Shown here: one piece after another, positions 8,965-21,255 of the stretch | How the letters are laid out: each line of letters opens with the position of its first letter | How positions within the stretch are numbered: the stretch's first letter is position 1 | Source: Callorhinchus milii | Taxonomy: Eukaryota | Direction of reading: 5' to 3' | DNA length: 64,000 nucleotides | NCBI RefSeq assembly: GCF_018977255.1 | Contig: NW_024704742.1 | Location: 52,454,001 to 52,518,000 of the forward strand | The notes under the pieces: model-generated | The model's input: the letters and a program-made list of their open reading frames with translations, nothing else | Told to the model about the DNA's origin: nothing | Database searches by the model: none | Position numbers and translations under genes: made by a program

Positions 8965-9420
8965 TGATTATAAAAATTACTAGACGAAAGAAGACCAAGG
9001 TCCATCCAGTTCGCCTTTCACCATCTTAGCAGTCGCATGTACATGTCGTGTCCCAAACTATATACCTAGCTAATCTGTTCCATAGATTTACTACTCACTG
9101 AAATAGTGTTTCCACAGAATTGTTTTGAATTGTCCCTATTAAATAGTACGCCAAGACTTCTAGTTCTACTGCTCTGGAAAAGTTAAAACAGCTTATCATG
9201 GTCTATATTATCCAGTCCATTTCACCCACAAAATCCAGTCAATTCACTTTACAGTATGTTATGTGAAGCGCTTTGAAACGGCTCGAAGATGTGATAAGGC
9301 GCTATATCAAAAAAAATGCAAATGCAGTCCCTTTAGAATCTTAGAAACTGCAATCTTAGAAACTGCAATCACCTCTCAATCTTCTCTTCTCCAGCGAGAA
9401 CAATACCTAAGTATTTTGTG
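8965..9420 (-). mobile_element. CR1-type 3' fragment interrupted by a truncated plus-strand SINE (~9220-9325)
   Basis: Homologous to 49185-49550; cagtcc flanks both sides of the insert. Confidence 0.75.
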
Positions 9421-10317
9421 CCAATTGATTTACACTAATACTAAGTTTGTTCCAAGGAGAAACTCAAAGAGAATAATTGATGAGGAAAGAGGTATAAATA
9501 CGTTTTCAGACATAAGAGAACCAGTTCCAATATTAATTTCATGCCTGCATAAATCCAGTATGGATTTACCAGAGCTAAATCAGGTGTGTAACAGCTGCCC
9601 AATTATGTACTGAAGGATAGTGGGTTTCCTGTTGACAAGACTGGAGACAGAATAATATAAACATTCTCCCAGCCTGAAGCCCTGTCCCAGCAGGTAATCA
9701 GATTGCTTAACTTCAGACCTTAATAAGGTGATATCCAACTTTCTCTAGCTGTGCTATCAGGGAGTTGGGTAGCCCCATTGTGAGGAACATTGTAAACTGG
9801 CTGACTTTTATCTCAGTACAACCAGTGGCCTGTAAAGGTTTCAGACAGAGGCACAGATATAAGCTTGGCTAATGAGGAAGGTCTTCAGTACAAAAAGCTG
9901 TTTTTACCATTTTCATTAAAATAAACTATTTGCGGGATATGCCAGAATGTTCTCATGAGACTTTCAAAGAAGTCCTTATTTTTATATTCTAATTACATGC
10001 CGCTTGAGCATAAAAATATGCCAAAAACAAATATATTGTAAGGAAAGCATACAGTCAGCCCCAAGTATAGCGCAGTGGCCGGTTTCCATAAAATCAGATC
10101 CTGTTTATAATGGGTGTGTTACGAAAATGGACCTGTGCTGTGTTAGGCAGCTAGTAAATCAGGCGTAGCATATCAGAGAGATAAGATCCTCGGCAGTGAA
10201 GGAAATTAAAGGTGAGGATGAGGACCTTGAAATTGATCCACAGGGAGACGGTGGAGCTTGGCAAGGAATGAGGTGATCAATGAAGCAGATTTTGGTGAGA
10301 TCTAATATGTTCCTTAC

Positions 10318-10486
10318 CTATAACTGCCAACACATACATATTAGACTGATACTTGTTTCCATCTATTGTTGTTTCACACCGCGCCAATCCTGCATTGATG
10401 ATCATCTGCCTCGGAATGGTGAAACCCTTCTGATTGTCCCAAAATGTTGTCACTCCATCAGGAACAATGTGTTTATCAGGGTAATT
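10318..10486 (-). CDS. kdr: KDR exon 5 (NYPDKHIVPDGVTTFWDNQKGFTIPRQMIINAGLARCETTIDGNKYQSNMYVLAVI-G), Ig D2
   Basis: Acceptor aaaacag|, donor G|gtaagg; 169 nt (same as recalled human exon 5); VPDG, WD-x-x-KGFTIP motifs. Confidence 0.97.
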
Positions 10487-11249
10487 CTGTTTTAAATAGT
10501 ATTGAATAGGAATGATTTAATTAACTAAAACATTCAAAAGTATTAACACAAATTATAACTCTTATTCAGATGACCCACTATGCTCATTTATCAAATAAAT
10601 GTAAGTTCTTCCAGAGATTCTATTAAATAACCTAAATTGGCAGCTATATCAGAAGACAAGATCAGCCCCAAAACTAAACATTCTAGATTTTCAAAATATT
10701 TGAGAAAATATGTCCAATTATTCCTCAAGTGCTTTACACAGACAGACGCCATTTGTAAAAGCATGCAAGACATGTACAGTAAACTCTCAGCTGACCAGAT
10801 TCCGGGTATCTAGACAGGACCCGAAATGGAAAAACACACATGTTTAGACTAACACCGGCCCACCGCTCCTAGCATGTGCCCCCCCACCTCACCATTCCTG
10901 CTGGCCTACAGTGGTCAGGGATATTGACTTTACTCAGTTTGAATCCCGCAAGTAGAAGAGAGCTTACTCACTATCTTCTGATTGCAGATTCAAACAATTA
11001 CAATACTGTACTGGCATTTCATAAGAATCATAGAATTTTACAGCACTTTTACACGAGGTCATTCGGCCTATCGTGCTTGTGCTGGCTCTTTGAAAGAGCT
11101 ACCAATGAGTCCACGACCCTGCTCTTACTTCATAGCCCTGCAAATTCTTCCTTTTTAGGTACCTATCTAAGTTCCTAAGAAAATGCTCCATTTTTAATCT
11201 AAAATACACAAGTTGCAGTGTAGTAACACAGATAAGCAAAGATACTTAC

Positions 11250-11383
11250 TATAAGTAACGTCACATTAAGATTCGGTATGGAAACCTGGCATGGAATGGT
11301 CTTGTTTTCTAATACCAGATCATTCCTATGTGAAATGTATAAGACTTCTGGTTTATCAGGATTCACAAAGGGTGCTTGATAGT
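11250..11383 (-). CDS. kdr: KDR exon 4 (D-YQAPFVNPDKPEVLYISHRNDLVLENKTIPCQVSIPNLNVTLLI), Ig D2
   Basis: Acceptor gtgttttag|, donor |gtaagt; 134 nt; IPC-x-x-SIPNLNV-x-L motif. Confidence 0.96.
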
Positions 11384-11845
11384 CTAAAACACAAACAAGG
11401 AAATAACCTGTTAGAACTTTCAGGGATTCAACAACTACAAACGTTGAACATGATGCTTATAGCGAGAATCTTGAAGGAATCATCTTTTAACTCCTTTGCC
11501 ATTACTGACTCAATTCTTTGAAGATGATACAAGCAGGATTCTTCTACCAGTAAGTGTATATGGTAAGATGTCAGCAGCAGGTGTACTTGTTTCTGGGATA
11601 TCTTAGCAACTACAGGGTCCATAGTTTAAGATTAGCCCTGACTGATGTTTCACTTAGTAATTCAAGGGCCATATTTTACCATTTCATTCCTGGACTGTTA
11701 CTTGTATCGTCTTGTGGTAGTGCAATAATTTGTCTCAGGGGAAAAACAATCAGCAGGTCTAACTTGCATCATTTTAGTAGTAGAAATGCAGACTATGATG
11801 ACAAAGAAATCCATCACTCATCCACTCAAACTATCTGACATATAG

Positions 11846-12455
11846 CCTGGCTCAGCTGGTAGTCTCAGACTCAGAAGGTTGAAGGTTCAAGCCCCATGTC
11901 AAAACTTTGAGCTTAGGGTCTAGGCTGAAACTCCAGCATAATTTTGAGGCAGTGCTGCATTGTCAGAAATGCCATCCTTTGATGAGAATACTGTAAATAA
12001 TCCTTGCATTTGTGCCTTATCAAAACATCTCAAAGTGCTTCACAGAATTTTACCATCAAGTGCAGTTACTGTGTAATTGTAATAATAATAATCCTTGCAT
12101 TTGATATAGCGCTTTTCACGTCTTCTAGACGTCCCAAAGCGCTTCACAGAATATACTGTAAAGTGAATTGACTGTATATTTGTGGGCAAACGCGGCAGCC
12201 AATTGCGCACAGCAATGTCCCACAAACAGCTAAGAAGTGAATGACCAATTTTTAATCTGTGGGGAATTATTGGCCGGAACGCTGAGAGAAACTCCCTTCC
12301 CGTTTTGAATAGTGTCAATAGTGTCCACCTGAACAGGCAAATCAGATGGGACCTCCGACGAACATCTCATCCAAAGGACCGCATTTCCTGTATTGGAACC
12401 GAGGTCCCATATATCTGTTTCAGTGGATATTAAAGATTCATGGCACTATTTGAAA
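11846..12455. mobile_element. Cluster of DeuSINE pieces in KDR intron 3 (plus-strand head 11846-11990; minus-strand copy 12078-~12370 with a young-looking tail)
   Basis: Homology to both SINE families in the window. Confidence 0.75.
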
Positions 12456-14272
12456 TTATTATTTTCCCTTTTTTCTCAGAATTTTATTGAAACACTATTC
12501 ACATTATTCAACGGAGGTCAGTCAGTGACAAGCATGCCAAACTAAGTTGGCTTTATATTTTGCAATTGTTTAGTTATCTAATTTCACATCCCTATAACTT
12601 TAGCATACACAAGAGTTTAAAGCTGTGGTCAATTGATCACAAAGGTTCAACAAGAGCTGAAAAGCTGGAGTCTCTTTATATGTAGCATTTGCCTTTGAAA
12701 TACACAGTCACTGAACTTTACAGCAAAATCATTTGAAGCACTTCGAAACACCTCAACAATGTGATACATCACTATATCAAATGCAAAGGTTATTACTATA
12801 TTATTTATTATTGGATATAAAATGAATTTGTGCCAAGACAAATTTAATTAAAAGGTTTCTGTGGGAAACTTTGTGCCAAGAGTCAAACTGAAGACTTGGA
12901 GCTTTTTTAACAATAATAAATCCTTTTGTATTTACTGCGCGTCCTATAAATTCCAGTGCAACATGAAAAAATCAAATACTTGAATGCACCATCACGATTT
13001 CCTATATCAATAACCAGCAAAGTTACAAACCAGGAAATTGAAGGAGCATCACATCCAAGGTTTACAATACAAAATTACATTTGTAAAGCGCCTTTCACGT
13101 TGAGAGGATGACCCAAGGCACTGAATAGTCAGGGATTAGGACCCAGCGGGGACGAGGGAGGAGATGACCATAAGAGCAAGGTCTTCAGTTGTGATCTAAA
13201 AGAGGGGAAGGAGAGTACAAGGCGGGGGGATTGGGGGAGAGAGTTCCAAAGCTTCAGGGCGAATTGAAAACAGGAGCTCCCAGATTTAATTCACTGTGTA
13301 GAATACAAAGACATTCCTTATTACTGCTGCAAACGATACGCATAAACTCAGAAATATCTTTCCAAACCACAGTCAAAAACAAACATACCCACTTTTGAAA
13401 TAAGTGATGTTATAAAATAGCTAGTATGTCAGTGGTATTGGTTATGAATGAGACCCTGGCTTTAAAATAGACATCTACGTCTTGAAATGCTATAAAATAG
13501 CTGGCATGTTCTTCAAAAGTATATTCGAAGGTTACGTCTGGTCTGGAACATTTGGTGCCCTGTACTGTACAATTATTATTTGAGGCTGATCTATGGTTAT
13601 CCAAAGTAAAATAGCATTAACAACGTAAAATAAACTGCGTCACGGATAACAATCAGGAAATTAGTGTGTTTTCTCATTCTAGCCCCAGTTGATTAGTAAG
13701 ACAGAAGGAAATGCTGCAGGCATTTCTGCACTTAACCACATTGCTTTGGAAGCTGGTAAACAGGAACCCTACGGAGGTTAGTCTCAGCATGTGGTGAGCT
13801 TTAATGTGGCGTGCTGGCCCAGTTGCAGCTTGGGTGATCATTTGTACAGGCTCTGATAAGAATCTATCTGCTACCACAAAAGAAGTACTGGCGTGGGATC
13901 AAAGAGCAGAAAAGAATAAATGCAAATGCTGGACAAAATGCAGTTTAAAGTGAAACTACTTGTGATTTGCATATGCTAAATAGAATTGATTTGATATTCC
14001 TCCCACTTTTACTTGAGGGATGCTGGTCAGTAACTGGTGCTAAAATCAAATGGTTGTTGGTTCTCATATTTTCTTTATTGTTTGCCTCTTACATTAATAA
14101 TAATCATTGCATTGTGTAAACTAGAATATTTACACAGTAACATCTGAGGGATTAAACCAGAACATGTTTAAAGTGGAAATATTTATTGTTTTCCAGAATG
14201 TGAGCAGAAGATAGTGTTCTTTTCAAAAAACATAAGTCAAAACCTTTTATACATAAACAATGATTTTCTTAC

Positions 14273-14478
14273 CTTGGACAAAGACATAGATACTTGCAGC
14301 TGTTTGGTCTGAGGAGTTCTTGTAGGAACACTGATACATTCCAGTGTCATTTGCGATGGTTTTTGTCACCATAAATTTTTTACAAAACAATGTCCCATTG
14401 CTGCAGTCAATCATTGATATCCTGTGCTCCATTCGACTGTGATTTTTTGGCCATGACCATTGCAAAGGCCTGTGTCCC
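14273..14478 (-). CDS. kdr: KDR exon 3 (GHRPLQWSWPKNHSRMEHRISMIDCSNGTLFCKKFMVTKTIANDTGMYQCSYKNSSDQTAASIYVFVQ), Ig D1
   Basis: Acceptor tttgctccag|, donor G|gtaaga; 206 nt; W-x-W-P, NDTG-x-Y-x-C and IYVFVQ match VEGFR2. Confidence 0.97.
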
Positions 14479-15691
14479 CTGGAGCAAACATTGACAAGCC
14501 AATGCTCTCAATTAGAAATGCAGACCTGCTAAATATGTTTTTTTTCAAATGTGCACAGTTTCAACAGGTCTTAATAATAAACAACCATTTTAACAAGGAG
14601 ACGTAGGTAAATACTGTTTTATATTATCATTTTACTGACATTCTCCACTTGAGTTTATTGAGGTTTCTTAAAATGATTAAAACACAGTGACCAGAACAAA
14701 TCATGGCACTAAGCCTATTTCTGTTGCTCTGGTTATGCTTTTTAAGTTTTGACTGAAATTGAAAAAATTGAAATAATTACACATAGATTATTTCAACCAT
14801 AGTATTGCAAGATTTCTGAATGTGAAACAGTTATTTGTGCGTATTGGAAGTTGGTGCATTTATCTATTTATTATAACTTGACTCCTGTGTAAATATGGAA
14901 ACATGCAAAGAAGACAATATTTAAAATTTCAAAACATAACATTTTATAGAACTTTTTTTTATTTGTGGAATTACATTATCACTCGCAGGTTAGCTGGCTT
15001 CAGGATGTATTGTACTATTGATCCACACTGGCATGTTCGACTCTGTGAGATACATACTCAGTCACTCAGCAGAAAATTGAAGAAAATCTCAACTGGGAGT
15101 CATTTCAATGTGTTGCCTTATTATCAGTTCAATAGTTTATGCAAATACAGTTTGAACACATCCTGGCAGCATGTTTTAGCAAACAAATTCAATACGTTAT
15201 GTTAAATGTGGATTTTGAACTTGAATTTTGAATCCAGTGAAGTGGCTTGAACAAATTGGTTAATTTGGTGTTTGTATGGTGTTTCTGTCAGTACAAATGC
15301 AATGCAGCACCAATTATGGACTCCAAGTAGTTCATTGCTGTGAAATGCCACTGGATGGGATTGTGAAAATACTCAAAAATACCCCAAAATGAACATAACT
15401 GTTTGTCCCAACTGATGTTCAATCTAGACATGTTTGAATACAGACTTGTGAACAGCTTGAATGTTGAGTGGGTTTCTATTGGAGACATTGATGAAAGCTG
15501 AACACTGATTAACTAAATTATGAATAGTAAGGTTTATTCTGTTGATAGCTGATAGATAGATAATGTACTATAAACAGTTAAATCAATAGATAAACATGCA
15601 TAAATATACATATAAAAAGTCAACCATAAATTAGAGATTAGGTGTTATACACAAACATTTATTTTATGTAAAATTTAGACCCTTTTCTTAC

Positions 15692-15782
15692 CTGCATGTG
15701 ATTATAAATGTGTCATTAGCATTGATAACATGAACGTTATTTTGGATGGAGAGGTAAGGCTGAGAAGAGAAGCTCCCTGTGC
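15692..15782 (-). CDS. kdr: KDR exon 2 (G-TGSFSSQPYLSIQNNVHVINANDTFIITC-R), start of Ig D1
   Basis: Acceptor ttttgatttatag|, donor AG|gtaaga; 91 nt; resembles human [23 protein letters not shown]. Confidence 0.95.
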
Positions 15783-18700
15783 CTATAAATCAAAACATCT
15801 AGTTAATTTATGGTAATAACAGAGAAAACACATGTACATGAGACAATTTTATAGGTGTGCTCAGGAACGCATAGAACAAAATGATCAAAACTTCCTCCGA
15901 ATCTGGATTCAAGTTGATTTTTTGACAACACAAGTTTTATCATTGTTTTGCAAAACTTGTTCTATGAGTGCCACTTCAATGATCCATTATTTGCAGTTAA
16001 TGGAAGCTTACCAACAATAGTTTCCACATTAGATGTAACTGGCAACTCACTGCAAGCTGTACACAAGGGTGTAGTCGGGATAAGAAAAAGTGAACGAGCC
16101 ACTGTGGAAAGGAAATTCTTCTAGGGAGGAGCCGTGGTATTATTTCCCTGGGAAGCCTTGAAAAATTACACCTAAAAATATACATTTTCTTGTGCTTGAC
16201 CCAATGTCTGTTGAATTTTTTAAGGTCAATGTGCAAAATTGGGAATTGTAATAGAAATCTGGAGATTAGATAAACTGCCAATTAATATTAGTGTTAATAA
16301 TAATAATCCTTGCATTTAATAGAATGCCTTATCACATCATCAAAGTTTCTGGAAGCACTTCACAGAATTTGCGATAAAGTACACCGACTGTATTGGTAAG
16401 CAAATGTAACAGTCAATTTCTGTGTAGCAATGTCTCACAAACAGTCATGAAGTGAATGAACAATACAGCACAATTCACATGAGTAGCATCTTGGAGCACT
16501 TAGTAGAGCAACTTATGACAAACAAAATCAATATTAGAGCTATTATGATTATATCACAACTACTCAAAATCCACTGCAGTATACATCAACAGATGCTTTC
16601 AACACATCTTTTATATTCATTTTACATGCAATAGTTTTCATTAAACATTAAGTCCAGCTCTGAAGGTAGTTCACTTAATAGACTATGACTTTACCAGAGC
16701 AAGGTAGGCAATGGATAAGCAAACATATTTGAAAAAATGAACATTCTCATTTAATTGTATGATTGCCAAATGATTAATGTGTTACGATTTATGACGCCAA
16801 CATAATTCTGTTTGTTGGTTGAGAATCTGTCTCAGCACAATGAAGCGTGTGCTGGTTCGGAAGCTGAGTATGCTGCTCTTTGTTGTAACTTCAAAACTTC
16901 TCATTGAGGATCGCAACCACAAAGGATTCTCTGTAACTCTATATTTTGCTCGTCTTTGGGGTCAGTTTAACGGATATCCTTCACCTACAAATATACAGTC
17001 AGTCCACCTTATGTTAAATTCTGCAAAGCTCTTTGAGATGTTTCGACTGTGTGATAATGCATTTATCAAATGCAAACATTATTATACTCACTGTAATTGT
17101 GAGATTTTGCCAGCTGTAGGAAAATTGAAATGTTGATATATTTTTCATTTATTGGAAGAAAGGAATAGTATATAATGTGTTATTTATCACATTGTATACC
17201 TCATTTCTTACCCCAGTGTTAGTAATGATACATTGTATATGTTTCTCTGCCTTCTTGTCAAAAGCTATCCAAAGTCCAAACATATAAATCTGAAACACAT
17301 TCCTTCACTGAAGACAATAAACAAACTCTATGTATCATCTTTAATTTTATGTTTTGAAGCAATTTGGACAATATAAAACGATAATTATATAGTATTTTTT
17401 TAACATTTGAAAGATATTGTAAAAACATACCCATTGTGTTTCATTAAGTCCACAGTATTTAAACGGCAACATTTAAGTATTAAGCAAAGCTGGGGAGGGA
17501 CATAGTGGTGAGAGCTCAATTAATTTCACCCTGTAATACAATAGTTTTGAAATAACTGCTGATGAAAAGATTTTGTCTCTTCAAAGAATCTAGTTCTGCA
17601 GTTTGTAACATAACAGGATGAAGGGAAGTCGGTCAAACTTTAGCTGATCAACTGAAACCTCATATACTCTGGACAGAGTTTTGATTTTGTTTTGTTGCCC
17701 AACTTCAAGGACTCACAAAAAATATGAAATATTGAAATATAGTGGGGAATCAGGGGAACGCCTCATCCTTTTGGGAATTTCAAGATGATCCCACATAATT
17801 TTAAGATACAATATATAGTACCAGAAACACTGATCACAGAAATAATAACAGCAACTTGCATTTATATAGCACCCTTGGCTTAACGTCTAATCTTAAGGAT
17901 GATATCTCTGAGACAATGCTGCGCTCTCCCAGCTCTGCATTTGAAAGCTCACAATTCTGCTTGAATCCACAATCTTCAGACTTGGAGGTGAGAGTGCTAC
18001 CAACTGATCCAACATTGGCAAATTCTAAGGATTATTTGAAGAATAAATAGTTCTGAGTTAACATCTGACTGAATTCAAGATAACACAGTGAATATAAGTG
18101 TGAAACACTTCCAGATTCTGCTTATTTGAGATTTTAGTATTGATTCTTAGATACTTGGATTTATTGTCCAACAGATTTCCTCTGATCAACAGCTACTTCC
18201 AAATCTCCTGCTATCTGTCATTAGGTACTTCAGTGGGACAAATTATGTTGACAGCAGATTTCAGCAACTCCAATGCTCCAAACAATTACCCACTACCTTT
18301 AATCAACTAGTGAATAACTACAGCCAATAAAATCTTGTCAAATGAATAATGGCCAAGAGAATTTTAAACGTCTCTGGCTGTTTTCAACTTCCTCTTCTCA
18401 GCTTGTATTCAAGATTGTTTTGATACAGTACTTTGTTCTGGTCTGCTTTCTCTTCCATAGGTTAAAAACTGGCATGTGAAGTTGTGTTATTGAATGGAAA
18501 TTTATAATATTCAGAAAGCCTGGCTGATACTTTTTTTTTCACATTTACACATATTCTTTGAACAAAGTTCATTCAATGCTACAATAGATCATAAATAATG
18601 AATCTGCTCCAGAATGAACAGACTTACAGTACTTCTATTCAAGTGGTGATTTAACTTGGGTGTTCTTACTGTGCCTTTGATGGATGGAGCTGTTTCTCAA

Positions 18701-20394
18701 TGGTTTTCTCCCCCCATTTTTAACAGTAAAAATAAGAACAGGTCTTTTGCTGTTCAACATCCTGTTTTCAAGACACACAAAACATCACCTCGGGACATTC
18801 ACACTGAAGTTAAGATTGACCATTGAAAATCGTTTCTCCCCAAAAGACTGCTCACGACAAAAAAAAATTCCTAAAGAATATTCAGACTGTGCAGTGGTTT
18901 AGTTTCCAAAGGAACGTACAGATCATCTGCATTTATGAATGTTGATGGATATTTGTGCAAAAATAACTGAACTAAGCCTTATATACAAAGGCTTCTTGAA
19001 TAAATTTTCCTGTGTGCTTTACGAATTCACCATATTCAGAAAATCACCACACGGTTGAGTCATACGATAAATCACAGTCACATTATTTGCAATGAAAATC
19101 ATTTGCCCTTTCAACCCAGCCTCCTGCAGCAACCAGTGCCTCAGATTGAGTAAAAAAGAATTGACTTTGTACATTCTGACCTTTCAACCACAACTCATTC
19201 ACGTATTAAATCGGGGCAACGTTATTGGTAAATGTGCTCTTCAGGCACCAGAGTTAGGCAAAATGCAGACTTTTAGGCAAAATATATATAACATAAGCAC
19301 ACGCGACTTTGAATGATGCACATTTCTACAGTCTTCGTAATTCACGAAGCCCTTTTCCATCTTAGTGATTGAAATGCAGTGAAATGCAGCAATGAATGGA
19401 CTCCTCACAGCCAGAAGGCACCCACCAAAGTGGACCATGCAGTGTGTGCACAACAAACTAAACGAGCACTAAGACCCAGATGCAATACACTTTTCGGGAC
19501 GAGAATAGTCAGTGCACATTGAATGTCTCTTTGCACTGTATAATAAAGCTCATTAAAAAAAAAACAACTTCTGGGGGCGAAACATTCCTCAGACCGTTAC
19601 AAAAACTCCCCCATCCCCCTGCCTGTCTTTACAAACAGCTGGCTTTCTTTAGCAGCATTTCCTGTCCAGGTAATGCAAATCATTATGTTGACGATCATGA
19701 AGATAAATGCTTGATTTATGCACAAAGCGCTGCACATTTAACGTCCTAAATATGGCCATTTACCATCATGTACCTGTCACAGTATGTGGATGTTTGAGAG
19801 ACCTGCGCTGGACGAGTTTCTGTGTCCAGAGGGACTGACTTGACACATCGCATCACAGCTCATGTTAAGGAGCCGGAGCGGTTCCAACTCTCACGTCAGC
19901 TTCTCAGACTGTTTCTGAGATAATGTCCAGCGAAGTGACATGGGGCTGAGTTGACTTTGCAGTGATTATCAATTGCACTGAGACGTCGCTGCTCAGTTCA
20001 GCGGTATTTGCACAAACAAATAACCGATCCACCGCTATTGCAAAGGTTTCATATATTCCAGCTGCACTCTGTGCATTTTATGACCGTGTTTGACACTCTC
20101 ACTGCACAACCCACTAACCCCTGGTTGTCCAACACCATTTCATCTCACGGGACCCGAGGAGGGCTGCACTTTGCAAATTGCGTCAAATGCAACGACGCAT
20201 TTAAACGTTGTCTTCCCCCCACAAACAACGGCGCAAAACGGGAGTTAAATTGGCATTGCACATGATATTGTATATTTGGGGGAATCTGACTCGTGCATTT
20301 CTATTCGCGTCCTCCCATTGAACCGATGGTCAATATTCGTGACACTTTATTGGAGAATATTCTCACTTCACTCTGAAGCACAGATATCCCTCAC

Positions 20395-20452
20395 CTGTTG
20401 TATAAGTGATCCACATCCACAGGAATAGGAGGATGACCACTTTTCCTGACAT
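20395..20452 (-). CDS. kdr: KDR/VEGFR2 coding exon 1 (signal peptide MSGKVVILLFLWMWITYTT-G)
   Basis: ATG at 20452 in context ccgacATG (-3 G); hydrophobic signal peptide; phase-1 donor G|gtgagg; lies in a CpG-rich region; joins exon 2 in frame. Confidence 0.88.
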
Positions 20453-20790
20453 GTCGGAATGTTAACCGCATCCAAATCAACGCGATCTCCAGTGGGGTTG
20501 ACTACCTGCCCGGAGGCTGCTCCAATGTAGTCCTTTTCCAACCAATATCGCGGCGCAGAGGGATCAGGAGGTGCGAACACCGCGGTCAATATCGTCCTCA
20601 AAAGCGGCTTTCTCTTTCTGGAGATCCCAACGAAATGAGACTCGCGGGTACCTTCAGATCACCGGGGAGTTTGGGGCCAAGTTCCCAAGTAATAATCCCA
20701 AGTAGCCGTTTGCGAACCGCTGTCCTGCAAAGGGAGGGACTGGCACATTGGGCTCAAGCAGACGGGTGTCGGTCGGTGTTAGTCTGGATG
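20453..20790 (-). other. kdr: Putative KDR 5' UTR
   Basis: CpG-rich sequence between the ATG and a start site predicted ~28-33 nt downstream of the TATA-like box; the TSS is inferred. Confidence 0.55.
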
Positions 20791-20870
20791 GACAGGATGT
20801 TGTGTTGGCTCTATATAGGAGGAGGTGCCCGATCCACCATCCGCGTCAGGGGGAGGGGGAGGGAATCCCA
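20790..20870 (-). promoter_or_regulatory. KDR core promoter: TATATAG (20811-20817), half-CRE TGACG abutting ETS CGGATG (20838-20848), Sp/KLF-type GGGGAGGGG run, NF-kB-like GGGAATCCC (20861-20869), ETS ACAGGATGT (20792-20800)
   Basis: Motifs read directly; located ~360-420 nt upstream of the ATG in the most CpG-rich part of the window. Confidence 0.65.
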
Positions 20871-21213
20871 AAGCAACCTGATGTGTCTTCCTATTCCCTT
20901 CCTTTCACTGTGATTTAACGTCCATCCATCCATCCATCCCGCAATAGAAAACAACAGGATCGACCCCCTGACTGCATGCAGACCAACACACATACCGTGT
21001 CGCCGCAGATGCAACTGCTGAACGTGGTAGATTCGAACCTGTCTCTTTGCCCACACAGTGGGAAGATGGTATTTTGCCAGTTGTATAAAATGTTGCACTT
21101 TACCAATCCCAGGCTTCCTCCAGCGGAATTGGGGGAAACACAAAATCATGTTGATCTTGTTTCTTTTTTCAATAAAAAGTAAATTCGTGTATTTTAGTTT
21201 TGAAATGTCAATG

Positions 21214-21255
<42 letters not shown>
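21214..21255. repeat. (ATA)n microsatellite upstream of the KDR promoter
   Basis: About 14 perfect units. Confidence 0.95.

Noticed and set aside
930..20452. Assignment to FLT1, FLT4 or KDRL instead of KDR
   Set aside because: LNCTARTELNV, ASSG-x-M-x-K-x-NST, NPI-x-KE-x-QSH and IQAANV..NKVG..ER.I.FHVT match recalled KDR best; a phylogeny would be the formal test
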